Below, one piece after another: positions 30,665-43,530 of a stretch of 64,000 nucleotides of DNA (its first letter is position 1; each line of letters begins with the position of its first letter). The notes below the pieces were generated by a model. The model made no database searches and had not been told where the DNA came from. It saw only the letters and a program-made list of their open reading frames with translations. The position numbers were made by a program, and so were the translations under genes. The stretch comes from Eledone cirrhosa (taxonomy: Eukaryota). The stretch is taken from NCBI GenBank assembly GCA_964016885.1, contig OZ024740.1, forward strand, positions 254,820,001 through 254,884,000, read 5' to 3'.

Positions 30665-31844
30665 GTGAGTATTTCATGTGTTACCATTTAAATAGGCTGA
30701 GCATCTCAAGTTTGTTATAATATCTAACATTGATGTAATGTATATATTGGAGAGGGAGAAGAAGGAGGCTATCATCTTGATTGTCATGTGTCTGTTCTTT
30801 GATCTGGCATGAGTTGGATGGGTTGTCACAGACCAATTCAGTATTTAATCTAAATTCCCTACTGTTCTCTCACCAACAAGCCACAGACCACCCTGTCAAG
30901 GCTGTGTGGTTCATGATTTGGTCATAAGTTTGATTTCCAGTGGCACTTCATGTCCTTGAACAAGACACTTTATTTCATGTTGCTTCAATCCACTCAGTTG
31001 GCAGGCCAATCTTATCCAGAACTGAGAACTAACGTAACGATACACATGTCTGTGGAATGTTCAGACATTTTCATGTTAATTTCGCCAGCATACTCTTCCA
31101 TTGTTTGAACAACTGGAACAATTATCATTATCCAAACCAATGGAGATCCAACAAGTAAAGTGAGTTCCTGTATAATGAGATTCAGCTATGAAAACAACAT
31201 CTTTGAGCAAAAAAGAACAACAAAGAACAAAAAACAATTGAAATCGTCTTTTAACATTCACTTTCCATTCTTGCATGGCTGTGGCAGTTTTTATGACCAG
31301 AGTCAATTCTTATTTGAAATTAGTGGTTATGGTGTTGAACACATGATCATAAGGTAGTGGTTTCAATTCCTGGGCCAAGCAGCACATATTCTTGAGCAAG
31401 ACACTATATTTTATGTAGTTTTATATGATATGATCACCCCCCTCTACCATTATAACACCCAAGAGCAACCTTGCAGGAGACCTGTTAAACCTGTATAGGT
31501 GTAAGCTGTAAATTTCATTTTATTATTTTATTTTTTTAAGTTGACACATCAGCACCCACTCATATGTTCTGATTTAATATGATTTCTATGTCTTGATGCC
31601 CTTCCTAAAAATGCCACTGTGACCCTGCTGATCTGGCAGACTTAATCCATTGCAATGTTTAACACCACCACTTGGTCTTTGGATAATTTTAGTGGAGACC
31701 ACACTGGTGCAAGAATTTAAGCCAGGTCTCCAGTTGAAGGACATCTTACTCCCACCCTCCCAACTGTTTTTGAGTTCCTGAAAAGTGTCATGGGAACTGT
31801 TCATCTCTTCTGAGTAAGTGAAAAAAAATTAAGTTATCAGCATA

Positions 31845-32110
31845 CTGACATAGATTTGATGGTTCTAGCAAGATTAAGTTCATCACCATAGTGTGGCATC
31901 AGATATCTGATAGTTTTAACATATTTAAGTCATCACCATATTATGGCATCATATATATTGTCATATATTTGATAGTTCAAGCAAGATTTAAGTCATCATT
32001 ATACTGACATATATTTGATGGTTCGAGCAAGATTAAGTCATCACCATATGTCATCATGTATGTTATCATATATCTGATAGTTTTATCATATTTAACTCAT
32101 CACCATAGTG
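31845..32110. repeat. Degenerate minisatellite
   Basis: Recurring catcaccata..atat(c/t)tgatagtt units. Confidence 0.6.
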
Positions 32111-32636
32111 TCTGTCGTAACATAACTTTCATTCATTATTTCTATGGATTGGCAGCATCGGTAGAGGGTCGGACGCCATTCTTTGACGCATAGAGTTACG
32201 GCCCTTTCCAATCTGAGTTCAAATCTCGCCGAGGTTAACATTGCCTTACGGGGTTGATAAAATAAAGTACCAGTAATATACTGGGTAATTGCTGGCCTTG
32301 TGCCTATATAAGAAACAATTATTTCTATTACTCCAACTTCAATATCTCATGTTATTTTACCTTTTTTGTTATCATTGTTATCACATCTAACAAAAGTCAA
32401 TGCCTCTGATTTTCAAATCATTTTGAAAAGAATCAAGAATTTGGAAGTATTTAGTAATTAACTAACTTTCTCATTATTAAGCTGGTGTTTGGAACATAAA
32501 ATTATGATGGGAACACGTTCATTTAAAAATATTTTTTAAAAATCATGTTCACTTAAAAATAATTTTTAAATAATTAAAATAAGCACAGACAAGTATATAA
32601 TGTAAAATGAGATTGGAAGGCCCATATATATATATT

Positions 32637-33578
32637 AGCAGAATTGGTATAGGAGCTAGAGAATAAATTCTGGCTATGGTAACAGCAGTTGGAATCAAGA
32701 GGACTGAGAGTGAACCTAGCTAAGACTAAAGTGTTGATACGTAGGAATGAGGACAAAACTCTGATTCCATCAGAGAAATGGCCATGTTCGATATGTAGGG
32801 AAGGAGTTGGCATAAACTCTATAGAATGTACAGATCTTGGGTACACAAGAGGTGTAGTGGGATAGCAGGCAAACTAACAGGTAGGGAAACTACATATGCA
32901 ATAGAAGTTCAGAGAAATTTGACAGTAGAAGTCGCATTGATACACATTTTTCAAATGCAGGTAGGATCTATAGAGGTGGTTGATAGCTTTCGATACCTAG
33001 GTGATCAGATTAGCGGGGGGGGGGGGGGGGGGGTCCGAGGCCATAGTATCCAGAATAAGGACGGGTTGGAAGAAGTTTAAGGAGCTGCTTCCTCTGTTGA
33101 CAAAGAAGGGTTTCTCCTTACGAACGAGAGGCCGGTTATATGATGCATGTGTGAGATGTGTGGTGCTGCATGGTAGTGAGACATGGGCAGCAACTGTGAA
33201 GGTTATGCGATAGCTGGAGAGAAATGAAAGAAGCATGCTCTGATGGATGTGTGATGTCAGTGTGCGTGAATGACCCAGCGTAGACAAGTTGAGGAAGAAA
33301 CTGTATAAGAGGGATAAACTAGTGTGTAGGAGAGAAGACTGCGTTGGTATGGCCATGTGATGCGCATGGAAGATGACCACTGGGTAAAGATGTGCCAAGA
33401 ATTCCCGGTGGAAGGAAGATACAGTAGAGGATGACCACGAAAATGATGAGTAGAGGTTGTGAGAGCTGACCTCAGATCACTGAAGCTCACAGAGGAGATG
33501 ATGAATCTAGAGATGCTGTGATGAAAAGGACCCATCCCACCCTTGCAAGCAAGGAAAAGAGGTCGTGATATGATGATA
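32637..33578 (+). mobile_element. RTE family B 3' fragment, degenerate
   Basis: RIRTGWKKFKELLPLL and HGSETW motifs with several stops; tail cccacccttgcaagca. Confidence 0.85.
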
Positions 33579-33589
33579 ATATGTATATA

Positions 33590-33621
<32 letters not shown>

Positions 33622-34166
33622 CGTACACACACATACACTGGTCACAGACACACACATATATACACACACACTTAGAAACTCTTCCTATTTAGCAGGAAAT
33701 ATTCGCTACAGACATAGATACAGTAATGCTGAATTTGATTCTTTGAAGTCACTTATAATTTCATTCAACAACACCCCAGCTCGCTCTCTGTCTCCTTTCT
33801 CTCTCTCTCACTATGTCTCTATTTCAATCTACACTCTCACAACCACTATCTCTTTCTCTCTATTTATGAAAGTACCTGGAAAACCCCATCTCGAGAACCC
33901 GTGCCCCAATTTACACGAAACTTGTTTTATTTCATTTGTATTCCCATTTCAGGGTCAACTTCCTTTCAAAGTATTTTCCCATTATGCACCGTTTTGGCTG
34001 TATTAAATTACAGACAAGCACACAATCGCTCACAGAGTTTTAGTAGTAAATAGATAAACAGCATTGTATTATAGAACAAGGGTTACTTTCAGGTAGTTTG
34101 GTATCAAAGGGGGCTAAAGGTCCCAGCATTTATTCCATCTCTACTTCCTTCTCTCTTATTTTTCAG

Positions 34167-34238
34167 TGCCAATGCTGACATGATTTCAGATTTATTTGGA
34201 GAAAACTCTGATGGAAAAAGGAAATTTTGGTTTGGCAG
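34167..34238 (+). CDS. ITFG1: ITFG1 exon 4
   Basis: tttcag| acceptor and |gtatt donor; encodes ANADMISDLFGENSDGKRKFWFG, similar to FNGDLIPDIFG; phase 2 to 2. Confidence 0.88.
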
Positions 34239-34689
34239 GTATTATTAATTTTTTTCGCTTTGGCGTGTATTACCTTTTTCATTCCCTAAAACCAACTATA
34301 TTGGGGAACTGATGGCTTGTTTCAATTGGGATTTTCCACTGGGATCTCTTGTCACATCTTCATCCAAACAATCATTATCTATATGCATCACATGTTTTCT
34401 CGCTTGAACACTACATCTGATTTTTCTTATATCCAATTTTTTCCCTTAGCTCATCCATGCTTTGTCTTTCATGCTCACTAATGTTACATATACATTGAAG
34501 TATGCTCGATTCATTTCTGTCCAATCTTTTATGTCTTCTATGTTCACTGCTCATGTCTCATTACCATGCAGTATTACACTTCACATACAAGCATCATACA
34601 GAGAGACACTCTCTGTTGTCAACAGGGGTAGTAACTCTCTAGACGTTTCCCACTATTATTGTTTATTTATCTTTCATCTTGTACTGCAG

Positions 34690-34808
34690 CCCTCAAAAAA
34701 TCATGAAGATGGAACAGTTCCCTAAGAACAACTCCCAGACCATATTTGATCCATTGAAAAAACCACAGTCCAGTGCTTTTGTGGACCTCAATTATGATTT
34801 CTGTGCTG
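34690..34808 (+). CDS. ITFG1: ITFG1 exon 5
   Basis: ctgcag| acceptor and |gtattt donor; encodes ...LKKPQSSAFVDLNYDFCA, similar to MRIPHSHAFIDLTEDFTA; phase 2 to 1. Confidence 0.88.
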
Positions 34809-35478
34809 GTATTTATTTATTTATTCAATTTAAACGTCCATATAGAGCTAGTAAGCCAAGACAGACATGGGGAAGTATATAATACATTTTACAGTTGAAA
34901 AAGAAGATAGGCAGAGATAAATGAATATAAAAATAAAAATAAAAATAAAATAAAATAAAATAAAAATCAGCGTCACAGTGTGTAACAAGGCTATATTTTT
35001 AAATATTCTACAGTGGATTCTACAGTGTTTGGCCACTCCGTTTTACTCACAAGTTTTGGGTTGACCCAAGGCTGTGGTAAAGACACTTATCCCAAATTCC
35101 ATGTAGTATGGGATCCAGTACCTCATGTTTATGTTTGTGACCTTTTTTGAACATGGTAAAATATAATTTAAAGGATATTCAGCTGCTATTTCTAGCAGGT
35201 TGAAAAACTACATAGATGCACTCTTATTTGCTTGTGTGGATTGGCAACATCGGTAGAGGGTCGACACCATGCTTTGACGCATAGAGTTACGGCCCTTGCC
35301 ATTCTGAGTTCAAATCCCGCCGAGATTAACTTTACCTTTCATCCTTATGGAGGTCGATAAAATAAAGTACCAGTAATGCACTGAGTAATTGCTGGCCTTG
35401 TGCCAGCAATTATTATATGGTCATGTAGAAAGATCTGTCTTCATTGTTTCATCTATTTTATGTTGTTTTTTTTTTCAG

Positions 35479-35537
35479 ATCTTTGTATTGTATCTGTGAA
35501 TAATAGTAAAACCCAGTTGGAATATTGGTACTACATG
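35479..35537 (+). CDS. ITFG1: ITFG1 exon 6
   Basis: Poly-T tract then cag| acceptor and |gttagt donor; encodes DLCIVSVNNSKTQLEYWYYM; phase 1 to 0. Confidence 0.85.
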
Positions 35538-36414
35538 GTTAGTATTCACTGTTTGGACTTTCAATTTCACTTTTAGCAACTAAATAGAATGAGTTGGCTC
35601 CCTTCAATATCATCATCGCTGCTATCACTTACAGAGTTACTGGGTACTTTTCATCATGCCTGTAGCATTAATACTAAGGTGATCATTGTGTTCTTATCTG
35701 GACTGAGAGATGGGGTGTGTAGAGGAGGGGGGAGATGAGAGCTAAGCTGTAGTGGCACTGTAGGAGCAATGGCAGTTACAGGAAGGAGAAGAGAGAGTGA
35801 GAGCAGGCAGATGTCTGGAGGCTGTCTGAAAGGAGGAAAGTGCGTGGAAGCTGGTGTCAAGTCATAGGGTGGTCGGAGAAGGCCATCATTCAGGGAGTGA
35901 AGGAGAGAGAGAGTGTATGTGTATATATATCACATCAGCATCATCATGGTTTAACGTCCATCTTCCATGCCAGCATGGGTTAGACGGTTTAATTCCATTT
36001 GATGTGGGAATGGTCGGGAGATCGTGTCTCGCTCGCACAGAAGTGTCTCTGGCAAGTTTTTTACAGCTGGATTCCCTTCCTAACACGGGTTGCATATATA
36101 CATTTTTAATTATTGTGTGTCTACCTTGCCTTCCATAGGTTATAGATTCCATACACTGGTGGTTTTGCCTATTTTATTGATGGCTCACTATCTCTCTTTA
36201 GTGTGTTACCTTTTCAACATATTGTATTTTAAAGATCTCAGGATTCCTTTTCCTTTGAGCACATTATTGACAGGGAATAACGAGAGTCTATGGCTCCGTT
36301 AATTTATCGTGATATGTATATATATATATATATATATATAAATATGTGTGTGTGTATATATATGTGTGTGTGTATATATATATGTATATATGTATATATA
36401 TATGTGTGTATATA

Positions 36415-36635
36415 TCATCATCATCATTTCATTTTACGTCCACTTTTCCCTGCTTGCAAGGGTGGGACGGGAACTGATTCTGGCTTGATTTCTACAGCTG
36501 GATGCCCTTCCTAACACCAACCTCATTTACAGTGAGTGCTGGGTGCTTTTTTGCCGTGGCACCTACACGTCCACTTTGCAGTGGAATGATAGGGACCCGA
36601 GTCCCTATCATCTCATTTCTACAGCTGAGTAAACT
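36415..36635 (-). mobile_element. SINE with RTE tail, 5'-truncated
   Basis: Homologous to 41384-41610. Confidence 0.75.
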
Positions 36636-36727
36636 ATATATAAATATATATATGTGTGTATATATATATATGTGTATATATATATGTGTATATATGTGTA
36701 TATATATATGTGTATATATATATGTGT

Positions 36728-37992
36728 ATCATCATCATCATCAACGTTTAACGTCCGTGTTCCACGCTTGCATGGGTTTGGACGGGGGTAGTCCCACTTG
36801 AGACAAGAGTGATTGTCTTGCTCGCATAGGACTGTCTGGCAGGTTTTCTACAGCTGGATGCCCTTCCTAACACCAACCACATTTACAGTGTGGGTCTGGG
36901 AGGTTTTTACCGTGTTGCCTACACGGCCACATTACAGCGTGGACTGTGTGTTTTTTTTTGTCGTGACACCTACACGATCTCATTTGTTTCGGCCTGGATG
37001 GCGCGGCACCAACATAACTTTACATAGAACGGGGTGGTGTGGATGGGGTGGGGTGGGGGGGGTGTATTTTGTTAGAGATGCCTACTGGCTGTAGTAGGTT
37101 TTACTATGTATTTAGGTAAGGCGGGTCTTCTCTGTCACTGAGTACCGCCAAAGGTCTCGGTCCAGTGACATTGTCTTGGAGAGGTGTAAGTGTGTGAGGT
37201 CGGAGTTTATCAGCTCGTCCCATGTTTTTCTAGGTCTGCCTATTCCGTGGCTACCGTCTATCTTTATTGCCCTGCACTTTGTTATACAGCTATCGACTTT
37301 CATGCGCATCACGTGTCCATACCAACGTAGCCTTCTCTCGAGTAAACAACATCTGATCCCTCTTATTTCTAATTTTTTCCTTAGTTCGTTTATGCTTTGC
37401 CGTTCACGTATATTACTGTTACACATCCAGCGGAGCATGCAAGCTTCGTTCCTCTCTAGTCTGTGTATATCCTCTGCACACAATGCCCAGGTCTCACTGC
37501 CATGCAACATTGCTGTTCGTATGCAGGCATCGTACAACCTGCCTTTCATTTTTAGGGAGAACCCTTTAGCAGCTAATAGTGGTATAAGCTCTCTGAACTT
37601 TTTCCAACCAGTTCTGACTCTAGCTACTGTACTTTCAGAGCACCCTCCCCCACTGCTGATTTTATCGCCCAGGTAACGGAAGCTGTCCACTATTTCTATA
37701 GAAACCTCTGCGCAATTGAAAGAGCTAGTATTTTGTGGGCACTTGCTGCTACTTATTGCACCAGAGCACCGGCCACATGTAAAATCTATGTTCTTAGTTA
37801 GCTTACCTGTGATCCCACTACATCTTTTATGCACCCATACTTTGCATTTAGGACATAAAATGGAGTTTCTACCTACGCCTTTCCTACACACTGAGCATGA
37901 CCATTTCCCAGAAGGGACCGCCGCCTTATTTTCTTTCCTACAAACTAGAACTTTAGTCTTAGCCAGGTTAATTTTAAGTCCTTTTGATTCTA
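36728..37992 (-). mobile_element. RTE family C 3' fragment
   Basis: ORF 37112..37891 with the PHD-like finger and RT thumb region; (TGA)n tail; truncated at a TA array. Confidence 0.9.
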
Positions 37993-38021
37993 ATATGTGT
38001 GTATATATATATATATGTGTG

Positions 38022-38052
<31 letters not shown>

Positions 38053-38365
38053 GTATATATATATATGTGTATATATATATGTGTATATATATATATATGT
38101 GTATATATATATGTATATATATATATATGTATATATATATGTGTATATATATATATATATGTATATATATATGTGTATATATATATATATGTGTATATAT
38201 ATATATATATGTGTATATATATATATGTGTATATATATATATGTGTGTATATATATATATGTATATATATATGTGTGTATATATGTATATATATATATAT
38301 GTATATATATATGTGTGTATATATATATATGTGTATATATATATATATGTATATATATATGTGTG

Positions 38366-38414
<49 letters not shown>

Positions 38415-38450
38415 GTGTGTATATGTATATATATATATCTATCTATCTAT

Positions 38451-40480
38451 CTAAGGCGGGTAAAATTCCCGAGATCCATGGACGAGTTCTTTCCAGCGGT
38501 CTCTGTCCCTCATCATCGCTGCCATATCCTGCATCTCCAACAGACCAGTGTCTGTCCTTAGGGCATCAACATATGTTAACCTTGGTCTTCCTCTTCTAGT
38601 GTGTCCATGTAGGGGCTCCCAAAGGAGCACTGAGTGCAATGTCAACTCTGTATGTCGGTGAGCATGTCCAGCCAACCTCAGTCTCCTCTGTGTCACTTTT
38701 GAGCTGACTTTTGGGATGCTCCCATACAGCTCTGGGTTTTTCATCCTCAGTGTATACTGATTAATGTTCAGAGCCATCCTCAGCATTCTCGTGTAGCACC
38801 CATCCACCATCTGAGTGAGTCTCTTGGTCAGTGTCCAAGTCTCAGACCCATACAGCAGCACAGACTCCACTACAGCAATGAAGAGGCGGATTTTCAGGTC
38901 TCTACGAAGGTCCGACTTCCACACCGATCTCAAGCTGTGACACGCCGCCCAGGCCTTGCTCTTCCTCTCAACCACATCATCTTCCGTATTCCCAATCTTT
39001 GCTCCCAAATACAGGAAGTCCTCAACCAATTCCAGCGGCTTCCCGCCTACATTAGTGATCCCCTCTGGCTTCTCAACATTCTCTACCAGATATTTTGTTT
39101 TAGTCTCATTCATTCTCAGCCCCACACTCATCGACACAGTCTCAACCTCCCGCATCAAATCCTCTGCCTCCTTCACTGTATTTGTCACCAAAACTATGTC
39201 GGCGGCAAATTCAGCATCCGATACCTTTTTCGCCCCAATTCTCCTGCTCTGAGCCGGTGCTACAGTAAAGCCAGAGTCCTGGTGTTTCTCCAGTGCAAGG
39301 CGCATACAATAGTCCACTATGATGACAAAAAGGTAGGGAGCCAATGTATCTCCCTGGAGCACTCCAGCCAGTATCTCAAAGAACTCTGTCATCCCATCAG
39401 GTGTAATGACTTGGGCTTTGGTGTTGGTGTAGAGCAGTGATATCAGGTCCACTATCCTCTTGGGGATTCCATAAGCCTGTAAGATCTTCATCAGGCAGTA
39501 ACGGTCCACAGAATCAAAGGCCTTCCTAAAGTCAATGAAAACCATGACCGCAGGAAGGCACTTTGCTCTAGCTCCCTCTAATATCCTCCTCAGCATCAGG
39601 ATGTGACTGGTGGTTGATCTACCCTCTCTGAAGCCGTTCTGGTTGTCCCTGAGCTTCTTCTCCATCTCAGGCTGAATCCTGTTAAGAATCATCCTGTTGA
39701 GGGTCTTTGCCACAAGTGACGTCAGTGAGATCCCCCGGTAGTTGTTGGTGTTAGAGAGATCTCCCTTCTTTGGCACTGGGACGATGTTACTGATCCTCCA
39801 CTGATTCGGGGCAACTCCTTTCTCCAGTGCCCCGTTACAGAACCCCAGGATGATATCATCAAAATCACACCTCTTCATCACCTCTGATGCCACTCCATCT
39901 TCTCCATGAGCCTTGCCCTACTTGATCTTCTTCTTGGCTCTCTGAAGCTCCTCTCTGGTGAAGGGCTCTGTCTCAACATCCAGTTCCTCAAACAGCCGCC
40001 TGATCTCCCCAGTGCCCTGGGCTGTGGAGGGTGGCTCTCCTAGTAGGGTCCTAAAATGGTCTAGCCATTTCCTCTTCCTATCCTCGGGCCCCGTTCCCTG
40101 GATCTGACTCGAACACCTTCTCTTCCTCCCTGTGATCTCGTTGATGATCATCCAGCTCTCCTTACATACAGATCTGTCAACCGCTCTCTCCACACTTCTG
40201 ATCTTCTCTATCAGTGCCTCCTCTCTGACCTCAGTGTAAGCGGTACAGAGCTCTTCCCTCATCACCTCCACAGTCTCCATCCTCTCCTCCGTAGGATCAG
40301 CATAGAATTGGTCCCTGGCAGCTTTCAGGTGTTCTCTGGCTGCACACAATTTTGGGTTTGCAGAGCTGACGTGCTTCCCTTTGTTCTTTTTCCTCGGCAC
40401 CAGGGTTTCACTTGCTTTCGCCACTGCATTGGTGAAGTGCCCGTACCTCCTCGTCACACTCTCCTCAGTCCATCCAATCT
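38451..40480 (-). mobile_element. Different RTE-group LINE fragment, inactivated
   Basis: NYRGISL, QNGFR, FIDFRKAFD and QGDTLAP motifs; the catalytic motif reads FAAD; in-frame stop at 39918; bounded by TA arrays on both sides. Confidence 0.88.
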
Positions 40481-40503
40481 CTATATATATATATATATGT
40501 GTG

Positions 40504-40556
<53 letters not shown>

Positions 40557-40724
40557 GTATATATATATATATGTATATATATATATGTGTGTGTATATAT
40601 ATATATGTGTATATATATATATGTATATATGTATATATATATGTGTGTATATATGTATATATATATGTGTGTATATATATATATGTATATATATATATGT
40701 ATATATATATGTGTGTATATATAT

Positions 40725-41323
40725 AAAGCATAAAGGAATTGAGAGAGAGACTGAGCATAAGAGGAATCAAATGCTGCGTGCAGGAGAGGCGGTTACGCTG
40801 GTATGGACATGTGATGCGTATGAAGGATGACAGCTGCATAAAAAGGTGCAGAGCACTAGAAGTTGATGGAAACCGCGGAGTGCGGAGACCCAAGATGACT
40901 TGGGATGAGGTGATAAAAGCTGACCTTACCCAACTACACCTCTCAAAGTCAATGACACACGACCGTGACTTCTGGCGTCACGCAGTAATACAGGGTACCC
41001 GACCTCCCATGGGTACATGCTGAAGCATAAAAACAATATGCCCCCACTCCCCCCACCGCAAGGTGGTCGTGGAGGTGCCACGGCAAAAAAGCACCCAGCC
41101 CACACTGTAAAGTGGACGTGTAGGCGCCACAAAAAAGCACCCAGCACTCACTGTAAATGAGGTTGGTGTTAGGAAGGGCATCCAGCTGTAGAAATCAAGC
41201 CAGATCAGTTCCTGTATGAGCAAGGCATGGTCAGCCGACCAGACACTGCCCAGAACAGGACAACCCGTCTAACCCATGCTAGCGTGGAAGAACGGACGTA
41301 AAACGGTGATGATGATGATGATG
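40725..41323 (+). mobile_element. RTE family A 3' end (~600 bp)
   Basis: Near-identical to the reverse complement of 43531-44135. Confidence 0.93.
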
Positions 41324-41383
41324 TATATGTGCATATATGTATATATATATATATATGTGTGTATATATATATATATGTAGATA

Positions 41384-41727
41384 TCATTTTCATCATCATT
41401 TCATTTTACGTCCGCTTTTCCCTGCTTGCAAGGGTGGGATGGGAACTGATTCTGGCTTGATTTCTACAGCTGGATGCCCTTCCTAACACCAACCTCATTT
41501 ACAGTGAGTGCTGGGTGCTTTTTTTCCTTAGCACCTCCACGACCACTTTGCAGTGGAATGATATGGACCCCAGTCCCTATCATCTCATTTCTACAGCTTA
41601 GTAAACTGGAGCAATGTGAAATAAAGTGTCTTGCTCAAGGAAACAACACATCACCCGGTCTGAAAATTGAACTCACAACCTTTCGATTGCAAGGCCAATG
41701 CTCTAACCACTAAGCCATGTGCCTCCA
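41384..41727 (-). mobile_element. Full-length tRNA-headed SINE with RTE-related body and tail
   Basis: A-box TGGCTTAGTGG and B-box-like GAGTTCAATTTT; body shared with the RTE-A 3' UTR; last ~40 nt shared with the RTE-B end. Confidence 0.82.
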
Positions 41728-41736
41728 TATGTATAT

Positions 41737-41788
<52 letters not shown>

Positions 41789-41820
41789 GTATATATATAT
41801 GTATATATATATATGTATAT

Positions 41821-43516
41821 ATCATCATCATCATCAGCATCATTTTACGTCCGCTTTTCCCTGCTTGCAAGGGTGGGACGGGTCTTATTCAGCGCAGCAT
41901 CTCTCCACTCGTCACGGTCCCTCGTCATCACCACCGTGAGCTTCAATGATCTGAGGTCTGTTCTCACACCTCCACCCATGTTTTTCGTGCTCTACCTCTA
42001 CCACGTCTTCCTTCAACTGGCAATTCCTGACACTTCTTCACCTATCGGTCATCCTCCATGCGCATCACATGTCCATACCACCTCAGTCTCCTCTCCCGTA
42101 CACTACATTCTATCCCTCTCAGACACAGTTTCTCTCTCAACACATTTAAGCTGGGTCATTCACGCACATTTACACTGCACATCCAACGGAGCATGCTTGC
42201 CTCATCTCTCTCCAGCCCCCGCATGTCCTCTGCAGTTACTGCCCATGTCTCACTACCATGCAGCATCGTGCTCCTCACACAGGCATCATACAATCGGCCT
42301 TTCGTACGCAGGGAGAAACCCTTCTTCGTCAACAGAGGAAGCAGCTCCCTAAACTTCTTCCAACCCGTCCTTATTCTAGATACTATGGCCTCGGAACACC
42401 CTCCTCCCATGCTAATCTGATCTGATCTAGGTACCGGAAGCTATCCACCACTTCTATAGCACCCTCCTGCATTTGAAAAATGTGTCTATCAATGGCCATT
42501 TCCCTGACGGAATCAGGGTTTTGTCCTCTTTTCTACTCATCAACACTTTTGTCTTAGCTAGATTCACTCTCAGTCCTCTTGCTTCCAACTGCTGTTTCCA
42601 TAGCCAGAATTTATTCTCTAGCTCCTCCACTGATTCTGCTATAAGAACCAGATCGTCAGCATAGAGAAGTACCCATGGACAGCCAGTCTTAAACTCCTCT
42701 GTTATGGCTTGGAGGACTATAATGAACAAGAGCGGGCTGAGGACCGAACCCTGATGTACTCCTACTTGTATCTGGAATTCCTCACTAAACTCCATTCCTA
42801 CCCTGACTTTACTGAGAGTACCTCTGTACAAAGTTTGCACTGTCATCACAAGCCATTCCTCAACACCTAGCTTCCTTAGGGACCACCAGATGACAGATCG
42901 GGGTACCCTATCAAAGGCCTTCTCTAGGTCAACAAAGGCTAAGTATAGTGGCTTATTCTTCTCTAAGAACCTCTCTTGCAATTGTCTCACCAAGAAGAGG
43001 GCATCTGTTGTACTCTTCCCAGGTACAAAACCAAACTGCATCTCATCTAGTTTGACCCTTTCTCTAATTAGTTGTGCTAAAATCCTTTCTGCCACTTTCA
43101 TAACCTGATCTATCAGTTTTATACCCCTATAATTGCTCCTCTCCAAAGCATCCCCTTTACCTTTGTAGCAATTTATGAGAATACTGCTGCACCAGACTTT
43201 GGGTATGACACCACCATATATAGCCTGATTGATGATGCGTGCAACCAGTTTAGTGCCTACGTCCCCTGATGCTTTCAGCATCTCAGCAACTATTCCCAAT
43301 GGTCCGGCAGCCTTACTATTTTTCATTTCCCTAATCGTCTCTTGGACCTTATATTCGTCAATCTCAATAGCTGGTCCCTCTGTCGGATCTACCAAGGGTA
43401 ATTTCTCTCTCTCCCATTTGTTCTCCACATTCATCAGTCTCTCATAATGACATTTCCAAGCCTCCTTTTTCTGATCATTCGTGACACTAAGTACACCGGC
43501 ATCATCCCGGACACAT
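41821..43516 (-). mobile_element. RTE family B fragment with the PHD region deleted
   Basis: ORFs 42454..43434 (YADD) and 42156..42410. Confidence 0.9.
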
Positions 43517-43530
43517 TTATATATGTATAT